NCBI GenBank assembly: GCA_015058945.1
Contig: SVBF01000007.1
Span: 66,230 to 130,229 of the forward strand
Direction of reading: 5' to 3'
Source of the DNA: Erysipelotrichaceae bacterium
GTDB taxonomy: Bacteria > Bacillota_I > Bacilli_A > RFN20 > CAG-826
Length of the DNA stretch: 64,000 nucleotides
Positions within the stretch are counted from its first letter, which is position 1, and the number at the start of each line of letters is the position of its first letter. This document shows, piece after piece, positions 56,531 through 64,000 of the stretch. The notes under the pieces are model-generated. The model was given only the letters and a program-made list of their open reading frames with translations. It had not been told where the DNA came from and made no database searches. The translations under genes were made by a program, and so were the position numbers.

Positions 56531-57954
56531 GTAAACAAGTCATCGATGGTAATCGCTTTCGAAAAGACATCGCCATACAGGCTTCTTTTTAGGCCAAAAG
56601 TCGAAACGAACACAAGTTGTATGGACTTTCTTGTCCCTAAGTCTTCCCGATACCTTTCCTTTTTGTTCTCCAGATTATCGCGATAATCCTTGTCTACGGC
56701 GAATTCCTGCGACAGGTATTTGATTTCACATAGGGTAGCCACTTTGTCCTTGCGATCGATTACCAAATCAATTTGGGCTCCGTCCTTCCCGTCTTTCGCT
56801 TCCGCCCGGTAGGAATAATCCTCGGACAGAATCCCGGAAATGCCAAGGCTTCCCTTTATCGCGAACAGATGGTCGGAGACAACCCTTTCGAAGGAAAAGC
56901 CCAACCACGCCCTCCTTGAGGACTCGTTATAGGAATTCCTCCAGAAATGCTCGTCCTTCCCAGCGTTCTCCTGAATGAAATGGAAATAAAACAGGGTGAA
57001 ATAATCGGAAAGAACATAAAGGCGCCTTTTCTTTCTGCCAAGGTAAGAGGTCTTTATCCTCGCGAACCCGGACGATACGATCCCTTCGAGCGCCTCCGAA
57101 AGCGCCCCTCCATCGGAAAGGCCGGACCTTTTCGCGATTTCTTCGCGTGGCAAACCCGCTTTTTCTTTAGAGAGAAGCCTCATGATTTTGGCGGATACGG
57201 CGCCTTTGGTGAAAAGCGTTTCGTAAAGCTGTGGGAACTCTCCTTCCAGTTTGGCACCCGGCCTAAAGAAAAGCGCGTCAATGTTCTCGCTCGGCGTCAA
57301 AGCGGGGTCAAGTTTGTTTAAATAGTAAGGTATCCCACCCAAAGCCATATACATCATGACTATCTCGTAACGGGGCCATTCGAATCCCTTTCCAACGAGG
57401 TAACGCTCCGTTTCAAGCAAATTGAAGGGCTGAAGGCTAACCAAATCGGTGTGGCGGTTATATAGGCCGCCTTTGCTTTTCGTGAACTTCTTGTCGATCC
57501 ACGAGGAGGAAGACCCGCACAGGATCAGCATCAGATTGTCTTTTGCGGAAGCATAGTCATTCAAGAAATAATTGAACTCAAAGAGAAAACCGCTCTTCTT
57601 CGTATCCATCCACGGGAGTTCGTCCAAAAAGACGACTACCCTCTTTGAATCGTCAAAAGAGTCTATATGGTGGCGCAGGGAAGCGAAGGCATCGGCCCAA
57701 GTCCGGATTTCACCTTTGCCACGATAGCCGTATTCAAATAAGGCCTCGCTGAATTTGGCAAGTTGTTTCTTCATAGCGGCTTTATGAGTGCCCGTGAATT
57801 TGAAAGAAAGCCTTCCCTTAAACACGTGATTGACCAAAAAGGTCTTGCCGACGCGGCGGCGCCCCTTTACAAGCACAACGCTGAGTTCTCTGGCGGCATA
57901 GGCCCTTTCGAGATCATGTATTTCCGCTTCTCTTCCGATGATGACGCTTTCCAT
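56518..57954 (-). CDS. ATPase_2 + DUF234 family ATP-binding protein
   Basis: GRRRVGKTFL, VVFLDELPWMD; 478 aa. Confidence 0.75.
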   Translation of the reverse strand: MESVIIGREAEIHDLERAYAARELSVVLVKGRRRVGKTFLVNHVFKGRLSFKFTGTHKAAMKKQLAKFSEALFEYGYRGKGEIRTWADAFASLRHHIDSFDDSKRVVVFLDELPWMDTKKSGFLFEFNYFLNDYASAKDNLMLILCGSSSSWIDKKFTKSKGGLYNRHTDLVSLQPFNLLETERYLVGKGFEWPRYEIVMMYMALGGIPYYLNKLDPALTPSENIDALFFRPGAKLEGEFPQLYETLFTKGAVSAKIMRLLSKEKAGLPREEIAKRSGLSDGGALSEALEGIVSSGFARIKTSYLGRKKRRLYVLSDYFTLFYFHFIQENAGKDEHFWRNSYNESSRRAWLGFSFERVVSDHLFAIKGSLGISGILSEDYSYRAEAKDGKDGAQIDLVIDRKDKVATLCEIKYLSQEFAVDKDYRDNLENKKERYREDLGTRKSIQLVFVSTFGLKRSLYGDVFSKAITIDDLFTKHN

Positions 57955-57994
57955 GTGAACATTTTAGAAATAGCGGAATCTTTAATCAATTATA

Positions 57995-58040
57995 TATGAG
58001 CGGTTTTTTTGCATTTTTTAATTTTCCGCTCATTTATGAA
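57995..58040 (+). repeat. Element E2: second copy of the GAGCGG...CCGCTCA element in the 5' region of the 56518..57954 gene
   Basis: atgagcggtttttttgcattttttaattttccgctcatttatg. Confidence 0.6.
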
Positions 58041-58444
58041 CATTTTCTTTTTGCATTATGGGTAGTGCGAGTGCTAAAGTGGCGTCCGCAAAGCAAGTCC
58101 TATAATGTGCTTGGTTCCGGGTTGAAGCGGCGTGGCTTCCGCAAGAGAATCGGTTCAATGCCGTGGGAAATCCCTCGTGGTTCCTTGATTCAAATCGCGA
58201 TAATCGTCGCGTTCCGACACGCTTTAAAAGGGGAATGATGATTCCTGAAGATTTTCGTCCACCAAAATAAAAGCGTTTTTTAAGTGGGCGATTAGTGGGC
58301 CAAGTTTTTGGAAAAGTGCGACTGTATCGGATAAATTTTGGTCATGGTTCACGATGCGGGCCGCCAACCGAGAATTTGTTCACTATTTTTTACCCAGATA
58401 AATTGGTTTTTTACCCAAATAAGAATAGGGTCAATCCTTCAAAC

Positions 58445-58981
58445 CTATGAGTGCTTTATCGATCTCCGAATAGATGGCATCGCACTCCTCTGCGGATACG
58501 ATAGCGGACGGAATCCAAAAGGAGCGAAGGCTTCCAACGCTTTATCGCCGTCGAATAGCGTTTTCGCTTTGGCGTAGGCAAATTGGTTCGCATCGATTTC
58601 GTGTGGTTGGGAAAGGTATAACCTCGTGAAGCGATCCTCTCCGCCATCGAGGCGGCATGAAATCCATTTCCCATTGACCCTTTTCGAGCAATTCCCATCG
58701 TAGGCGATATCATAATCCAAGGCCTTGCGGATGGCGGGAGGGAAACGCTCGGGATGGGCGAATTGCTCCGCGTGGCGAAGCTCGTGGAAAAGATAGAAGG
58801 CCTTCTCGGAATCAGGGCATTCCTTAAGCAATGTGGCGTTCATGAAAACGGTATCCGTTTCCGGGTCATACATGCCGTTTGCTTCCTCGTAACCCTCGGG
58901 CATGTCAAAAGATAGGCGACAAACAAGCCCTGCCTCCAGGCGCAGAGAATCGAATGAGGCGCGATAATCAAAATCGGGCAT
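58445..58981 (-). CDS. HExxH-motif protein (putative zinc metallopeptidase-like)
   Basis: FHELRHAEQF. 178 aa with no signal peptide. Confidence 0.5.
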   Translation of the reverse strand: MPDFDYRASFDSLRLEAGLVCRLSFDMPEGYEEANGMYDPETDTVFMNATLLKECPDSEKAFYLFHELRHAEQFAHPERFPPAIRKALDYDIAYDGNCSKRVNGKWISCRLDGGEDRFTRLYLSQPHEIDANQFAYAKAKTLFDGDKALEAFAPFGFRPLSYPQRSAMPSIRRSIKHS

Positions 58982-58993
58982 TGCGTTTCTCCC

Positions 58994-60367
58994 CTAGAGC
59001 AAATACGCCATGTAACAAGGAAGCGCGACGATTCCGTCGGGACGGACGAAGAGGTTCTTTGGGTGCAGGATGAAGGCTCCCCCGATCCTCGCCTTGAATT
59101 TAGCGACGAACCGCGTCAAGGAGACATTCGCGTAATTCTTCGAGGACTTCACCTCGATGGGGAAAATCTTGGGTTTCGTCTTGCTTCCGTTGGAAAGAAG
59201 GAAGTCGATCTCGATGTCGTTGCGCTTCTTCTCCTCGCTGTAATGGGTGTAGAAATAAAGCTTATGGCCGCTCGCGACGAGCATTTGGGCGATGGCGTTT
59301 TCGTAAAGCATGCCTTCATTGACGGACAGCCTTCCGGACAAGATGGATGCGTATACTTCCTCCGCGATCAGCTCGTTTTCGTCAAAGGCATGGGAAACGA
59401 GAAGCCCGGTATCCCCCATATAGCATTTCACCGCCGCCCGGGATTCGTTGAGGGACAGCCCGACATTGGGGTCCGAGCAGGCGAAGCACTCATTGCAGAT
59501 CATGGAATCCGCGAGCCAGAAAAAGGTCTCCTCGTATTCGGGGTAATTCGTGTCCGATTCGATGAGACGAAGCCTCACCCTCTTCTCGTGCATCGATAGG
59601 AACGAGGGGATCTGATCGAATATGGAAAGGACCTTGGCTTTGTACTTCGCGTCGATCTTCATGATGTCGTCGCGGTAATTCACGAGGATGTCCCTCTTCT
59701 CCGCGTCGCAGTCGGCGAATTGCTTGCGGGCGAGCAGGAATTTGGATAGCGCCTTGGGCATGCCGCCGACCAGCATGTATTGCTTGAACAGCATCATGGC
59801 CCTTTCGTGAAGCCCGCGCTCCAAGGGAATTCTCTTTTCAAAGCAATCCCGGATATAGGGAAGCAATTGCTCTTCCCCGAGAGCCCAGGCGAATTCCTCA
59901 AAGTCCATGGGGTACATCTTGATCTTCCTTTCCTCACTGGGGATCGTGATGCCCTGGACGTTTTGCTTGATGGAGATCAAAGAGCCCGTCTCGATGAAAT
60001 CGTAACGGCCGTCCGCGACGAGGTATTTAATGGCTTCCCTTGCCTTGGGGTAAGCCTGAACCTCATCAAAGATGATAAGGCTCTCGCGCGGATAGAGCGT
60101 CTTCCCGTAAGCGGCGGAAAGCACCATGAAGAACGTGTCGAGTTTTTCGAGGTTGTCGCGGAAGTCGTCGAACACGATGCTGCTCGCTTTGTTGAAATCG
60201 ATGAGGATGTAGGAACGGTAATGGGCTTTGGCGAATTCCTCGACCGCCGTGGATTTGCCGATACGCCTAGCCCCTTCGATGAGCAAGGCCTTCTCGCCTT
60301 TTGATTCATTCTTCCACTTGAGGAGCTTTTCGGTGATTTTTCTTTTGAAAATGATTTCCGGTTCCAT
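58994..60367 (-). CDS. AAA_14 + DUF4143 family ATP-binding protein (COG1373-type)
   Basis: Walker A GARRIGKST, Walker B LIIFDEVQ. Likely ATG start MEPEIIFKRK is preceded by AAGGAGAA. The track ORF begins 18 codons upstream at a TTG inside a direct-repeat array. Confidence 0.75.
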   Translation of the reverse strand: MEPEIIFKRKITEKLLKWKNESKGEKALLIEGARRIGKSTAVEEFAKAHYRSYILIDFNKASSIVFDDFRDNLEKLDTFFMVLSAAYGKTLYPRESLIIFDEVQAYPKAREAIKYLVADGRYDFIETGSLISIKQNVQGITIPSEERKIKMYPMDFEEFAWALGEEQLLPYIRDCFEKRIPLERGLHERAMMLFKQYMLVGGMPKALSKFLLARKQFADCDAEKRDILVNYRDDIMKIDAKYKAKVLSIFDQIPSFLSMHEKRVRLRLIESDTNYPEYEETFFWLADSMICNECFACSDPNVGLSLNESRAAVKCYMGDTGLLVSHAFDENELIAEEVYASILSGRLSVNEGMLYENAIAQMLVASGHKLYFYTHYSEEKKRNDIEIDFLLSNGSKTKPKIFPIEVKSSKNYANVSLTRFVAKFKARIGGAFILHPKNLFVRPDGIVALPCYMAYLL

Positions 60368-60374
60368 GGGATTC

Positions 60375-60460
60375 TCCTTAAAACGCAAGGTAATAATAGT
60401 GAAGTTCGTCTTAAAACGCAAGGTATCTAATAATGATTATCTCCTTAAAACGCAAGGTAT
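60375..60460 (+). repeat. Three direct repeats of CTTAAAACGCAAGGTA (about 33-bp period) in the 5' region of the 58994..60367 gene
   Basis: Copies at about 60375, 60408 and 60443. Confidence 0.65.
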
Positions 60461-60584
60461 CTGTTCCGCGACGAGCTACGATATCATCACAACAAAAACG
60501 ATCTGTGTTCGATTGATCGGAAACACGATTGGAATCTTGCATCCCTCGTTCTTTGAAGCCCGATTTTATCTTCAAATAAAAATG

Positions 60585-60675
60585 CCGAATTTTTGTAACC
60601 CAAATGTAACCCATAAAAATATAAACCCCCGATGGCATCGAGGGAATTTGGCTTTTGGAACGCGATGCGGGAATC
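60585..60675 (+). repeat. About 90-bp element A: tandem TGTAACCCA x2, CGATGGCATCG palindrome and the GGAACGCGATGCGGGAAT motif
   Basis: Highly similar to element B at 62097-62186. It lies 110-200 nt upstream of the 60782 gene. Confidence 0.7.
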
Positions 60676-60679
60676 TTTG

Positions 60680-60742
60680 CACAAATCTCTCGGAGCAAAT
60701 ACCGCAATATTCTCGGTTTAAAATCCACAAATCTCTCGGAGA
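60680..60742 (+). repeat. Two perfect 16-bp direct repeats CACAAATCTCTCGGAG, 45 bp apart, upstream of the 60782 gene
   Basis: 60681-60696 and 60726-60741. Confidence 0.65.
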
Positions 60743-60781
60743 AACATTGATTTCGCAGCGTAATCAGCTTATCATTTTCAT

Positions 60782-62083
60782 ATGAAAACGGAACGAACGA
60801 AGAACTACTTGCCTAGAATCCAAGACAAAGAATTGGAGGATCTTCTTGCCGATTTCGGCGCGGTGTTAATCCGCGGGCCGAAATGGTGCGGAAAGACGAC
60901 GAGTGCAGAGCGCCTCGCGGAGTCCGCGATTTACCTAAACGATCCCGATCATTTGGAAGAGTACGAAGAAATCGCTTCCCAGCAAATATCTTTGTTTCTA
61001 GAAGGCGAAAACCCCCACCTCATCGACGAATGGCAAACATTCCCTTCCGTTTGGGACGCCGTCAGGGGAAAATGCGACCACAGCCCCGACAATGGCCTAT
61101 TCCTCCTCACCGGTTCAATATCGCCTAAGCCTGGTTCGACTAAGCATACCGGCGCGATGAGAATCAGCCGCCTAGATATGGAGTCGATGTCCCTTTGGGA
61201 ATCCGACGAATCGAGCGGCGACGTCAGTTTCGCTGCGCTTTTTAGTAAAAAGAACGGACCAATCAAAGGACGCGCAAAGCTCGATAAGGCCGGCATCACC
61301 GCAGCCATCGTGCGCGGGGGCTGGCCGAAAGCCATCGCCCAACCGCCGAGGAAGCTCTCCCATTACGGTGAGCAAGCCTTCGTTTCCATCTGCGAAACCG
61401 ACATTCAGGAGGCGACCGGTCTAGGTTTGAGCAAAGATACAACCGCCGCCATTTTGGCTTCGCTCGCCCGAAACATCACCATCCCCGTGACCAACGAGAC
61501 CATCATCAAGGACGTCAACGAGCATGGGCAGCCACTGTCCGAGGACACGTTCTACGAATACATCAAAGGGCTCCGTCGTCTCTTTGTCTTGCGCGAGGTC
61601 CCCGCGTGGAACCCGAATGTACGGAGCGCCACCGCCATCCGTTCTATCCCAAAGAAGGAATTCTACGACCCCTCCATCGCCTGCGCCGCCTTGGGTCTAG
61701 GGGTCGATGCCTTGAGCTACGATTTTAAGACGCGTGGATATTTCTTCGAATCGATGGCGGGAAGGGACCTTTCCGTATACGCATCCGCATTAGGCGGTTC
61801 CCTTTCCTATTACCGAGATCGTTATGGGTTGGAATGCGATTTCGTCGTCCATCTTCCCGACGGACGGTATGGCCTATTCGAATGCAAAACCGGAAGCAAA
61901 CACATCGAGGAAGGTTCGGCGCATCTCAACAAACTGCTGAAGCTTATCAAAGAACGTAGGGCGATGGAAAAAAGCGTCGTCCTAAGAGAACCCGAAGTCA
62001 TGGTCATCATCACCGATGGCGAATTCGCCTATCGAAGGGAAGACGGGATCGTCATATGCCCGCTCTCCTGTCTGAAGCCATAG
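60782..62083 (+). CDS. AAA_14 + DUF4143 family ATP-binding protein (COG1373-type)
   Basis: Walker A GPKWCGKTT and Walker B GLFLLTGS region; 433 aa. Confidence 0.75.
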   Translation: MKTERTKNYLPRIQDKELEDLLADFGAVLIRGPKWCGKTTSAERLAESAIYLNDPDHLEEYEEIASQQISLFLEGENPHLIDEWQTFPSVWDAVRGKCDHSPDNGLFLLTGSISPKPGSTKHTGAMRISRLDMESMSLWESDESSGDVSFAALFSKKNGPIKGRAKLDKAGITAAIVRGGWPKAIAQPPRKLSHYGEQAFVSICETDIQEATGLGLSKDTTAAILASLARNITIPVTNETIIKDVNEHGQPLSEDTFYEYIKGLRRLFVLREVPAWNPNVRSATAIRSIPKKEFYDPSIACAALGLGVDALSYDFKTRGYFFESMAGRDLSVYASALGGSLSYYRDRYGLECDFVVHLPDGRYGLFECKTGSKHIEEGSAHLNKLLKLIKERRAMEKSVVLREPEVMVIITDGEFAYRREDGIVICPLSCLKP

Positions 62084-62096
62084 GAAAGACACGGTT

Positions 62097-62186
62097 GTTT
62101 TTGTAACCCAAATGTAACCCATGGAAATGAAATTTCCCCGATGGTGTCAAGGGAATTTAGACATATAGAGCGCGATGCGGGAAATG
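62097..62186 (+). repeat. About 90-bp element B (copy of element A), ending in AGAGCGCGATGCGGGAAATG, abutting the stop codon of the AlbA_2 gene
   Basis: tttttgtaacccaaatgtaacccatggaaatgaaatttccccgatggtgtcaagggaatttagacatatagagcgcgatgcgggaaatg. Confidence 0.7.
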
Positions 62187-63608
62187 CTATTTTTTAAGCC
62201 AAAATTTCTTCCCCTTCGTCGCTTTGCCATTGTTCTCAACGGTCCCGGATGCACACATTTCCTTTAAGGCAAGGCTCACCGTGGCATTGTTCACGGAAAG
62301 CGTTTTTGCCAACTCGGTCACGCTTGCCTCTCCGAGTTCGGCCAAAGCATGGATGATCTTCGTCTCCAAATCCGGGGAATTCGTGGTCAGGTTCTGAGTC
62401 AGCAAAAAGACCAATGTGGTTCGGGACGGGGCGCTCGACTGTTCTAAAATGGGGTCCGGAAAGCCCAAAGCGCGCATTCTCCGATAGATGTTTGGGACGC
62501 CTTCGCCCGCTTTGTCGCCGATCCTCGCGAGATGGAGCAGGTTCATCACCCCCTCGTTCCTTGGGTCGCTTTCGCCGCCTTGCAGAACCTGGATGATGGG
62601 AAGCCTAAGCTTGCCGGCGTTTTTAAAAGTGAGCACGCCGCCGGAAAAAGTAAGCTGCACGCCTCCCGGAAGCAGGTAATCGCAATTAGCGATGGCGTTG
62701 GTCAGCCCTTCGCGGACGCACTCCAAAAGACCTTCTCCGCCGTCTTCGTATAATCCGTTAAGGTGAAAACGGTTCGGTAGCATCGGCTGGATGCGGTTGA
62801 CCACCATATGGTAGAAGTCGAACGCGTTGCCGGTCCACGTCAGGCTCGATGCCTCAAGGCGGTAGTCCCACCTCGACGCGCCGGTTTTGTTTTCCCGATA
62901 GTCGAGGTTATATTCCGGGAAGATCTCCTTGATCATCAGGTAATTACCGAAAAGGAGGACCGCCGCGTTGGTGGGGACGATCTTGCCATTCCCATTTTTC
63001 TTAAGCGCTCCGATATGGAGGAAGAAGTCCTCGTCCGAATCCCCGATAAGGAGGTTGTCCGGATTCCTGGCGTTGAAGATGGAGCGGTATTTCGAAAGCG
63101 TGTCCCGGTTGAGGTCGCCGAATTCATATCCCGCCGCGTTCGGGCGCATGTCAAATTTCTGCGGGACCGCGTCGAGTTCCATCGCCCTCCTCTCGAACGC
63201 GGATGCTGGATAATCGCCGTCGTCCTTCCTCAAATAGCAAAGCGCGGGATTGCCGTTTAGGTATACTGGCTTAAGGGAAATCGGCGCCTCCCTGACCGCG
63301 ATCGCGATGACGGTCTTTCCCTCGACCGACATCACTTGCCATTGCGAATCGTCAACGAGCGCCACGGAAACCTTCGTCTTGTTGTTTATCGCGCTGAAAA
63401 AGGACTTCTTGAGCATCGGCTCATTGGTCACGCCCGTGATGATGTTCTTGGGCTTCTTCTCCTTGACGCCCAAATACATGGTTCCTCCCCGCGTGTTCGC
63501 GAAGCTCGAATAGGTTTCGTACATATTAATTGGCAAGTTGTCGGATGCCTCCTTCAGCTCGATCGTCTGGCTTTCGCGCAAAGTGTATAAATCAACTTGA
63601 TCGTTCAT
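62187..63608 (-). CDS. AlbA_2 (Schlafen-like divergent AAA) + HATPase_c_4 + C-terminal wHTH protein (RecG-like putative transcriptional regulator)
   Basis: 473 aa with an AlbA_2-type N-terminal signature and a C-terminal helix-turn-helix ELAKTLSVNNATVSLALKEM. Confidence 0.7.
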   Translation of the reverse strand: MNDQVDLYTLRESQTIELKEASDNLPINMYETYSSFANTRGGTMYLGVKEKKPKNIITGVTNEPMLKKSFFSAINNKTKVSVALVDDSQWQVMSVEGKTVIAIAVREAPISLKPVYLNGNPALCYLRKDDGDYPASAFERRAMELDAVPQKFDMRPNAAGYEFGDLNRDTLSKYRSIFNARNPDNLLIGDSDEDFFLHIGALKKNGNGKIVPTNAAVLLFGNYLMIKEIFPEYNLDYRENKTGASRWDYRLEASSLTWTGNAFDFYHMVVNRIQPMLPNRFHLNGLYEDGGEGLLECVREGLTNAIANCDYLLPGGVQLTFSGGVLTFKNAGKLRLPIIQVLQGGESDPRNEGVMNLLHLARIGDKAGEGVPNIYRRMRALGFPDPILEQSSAPSRTTLVFLLTQNLTTNSPDLETKIIHALAELGEASVTELAKTLSVNNATVSLALKEMCASGTVENNGKATKGKKFWLKK

Positions 63609-63794
63609 TTGGATATCCTCCCAGAAAAATAATACAACAACCGATTCATTAATTCATTATTTATTCGTTAGAAAAAACTGTTTTTCATTAACAATGTCTA
63701 ATGAATGGCTGCAGAGTGCATGGAAATATTTGTATAGCGCTCCAAAGAAAAAGTTCGGAAATTCGTTCGGCAATCGTGCGGTTAATAAACGTAT

Positions 63795-63835
63795 ATATGA
63801 AAATGTCTCGACGACGCCGAGACATTTTCGTTTGG
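63795..63835. terminator. Bidirectional terminator (11-bp perfect stem AAAATGTCTCG/CGAGACATTTT)
   Basis: gaaaatgtctcgacgacgccgagacattttcgttt with T-rich tails on both strands. Confidence 0.65.
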
Positions 63836-63837
63836 TG

Positions 63838-63855
63838 GAGCACGATGCGGGATTA
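63838..63855 (+). repeat. Sixth copy of the GGAGC(G/A)CGATGCGGGA motif, overlapping the stop of the partial minus-strand gene
   Basis: ggagcacgatgcgggatt. The other copies are at 54233, 56428, 58346, 60657 and 62168, all on the plus strand. Confidence 0.7.
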
Positions 63856-63856
63856 G

Positions 63857-64000
63857 ATAACCGGTGGGATGACTTGGTCCACGACGTCGCCAAGGAAGTC
63901 TTCGGCGTCCTCATAGACAACGGGGTTCGGCTCGATATATAGGTCTTCCTCGAACTTCTTGTTCCAGGAATAACCGTTCGCCTTGAATTCCATGGTGGTC
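63857..64000 (-). CDS. C-terminal fragment of a gene continuing beyond the window end
   Basis: Minus-strand translation ...TMEFKANGYSWNKKFEEDLYIEPNPVVYEDAEDFLGDVVDQVIPPVI* with the stop at about 63854-63856. Not in the track because it is truncated by the edge. Confidence 0.4.

Noticed and set aside
63657-63942. Overlapping 87-aa (-) and 82-aa (+) ORFs in the AT-rich region upstream of the AlbA_2 gene
   Set aside because: They overlap each other and the bidirectional terminator hairpin, have no RBS and have low coding potential. The real coding sequence here is the edge-truncated minus-strand gene from about 63857 onward.
1-64000. CRISPR arrays, transposases, integrases or toxin-antitoxin pairs
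   Set aside because: None found. The repeat families present are short, gene-proximal and non-periodic, and no IS-type terminal inverted repeats with transposase ORFs are visible.

Overview
This 64 kb window is about 57% GC, with a lower-GC stretch at 1-640, and looks like a Bacillota-type chromosome. Most genes are on the minus strand and use the standard genetic code.

The window runs in four blocks:
(i) 1-8.8 kb: an AT-rich polytopic membrane gene, a tRNA-Glu/tRNA-Asn pair, an orphan acpP and a Tad/CpaF-like pilus/secretion ATPase locus.
(ii) 9-26 kb: housekeeping genes. These include two CNNM/CorC paralogs, a large repetitive membrane protein, a diacylglycerol kinase, cyclophilin, an LD-carboxypeptidase, tRNA-Glu(CTC) next to gltX, tRNA-Gly, deoD, the cdaA-glmM-glmS operon, proC and a GGDEF protein.
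(iii) 26.8-42.5 kb: the most unusual part. A tightly overlapping minus-strand operon runs from a mini-HlyD gene through a C39-peptidase ABC exporter, a second NHLM-type ABC exporter, a STAS protein, a membrane PP2C fused to an RsbW-like GHKL kinase, a REC-SARP response regulator, a SPASM radical-SAM enzyme and a LytS-type histidine kinase. A separately transcribed 73-aa Nif11-type double-glycine-leader precursor lies just upstream. Downstream of it lie preT/preA, a paralogous PP2C and two tandem paralogs of unknown function.
(iv) 45-64 kb: an mtnN-like nucleosidase and a fructose PTS operon whose fruA carries an in-frame TAA. Then comes a C-terminally anchored surface protein, followed by a 10 kb island of COG1373/COG1672-type ATPase genes (DUF234, AAA_14-DUF4143, AlbA_2-HATPase_c_4), a GNAT gene and an HExxH gene. 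This island is cut into cassette-like units by six same-orientation copies of the 16-mer GGAGCGCGATGCGGGA plus several local direct-repeat families.

I found no CRISPR array, transposase or integrase. Coordinates I derived by hand may be off by 1-2 nt.
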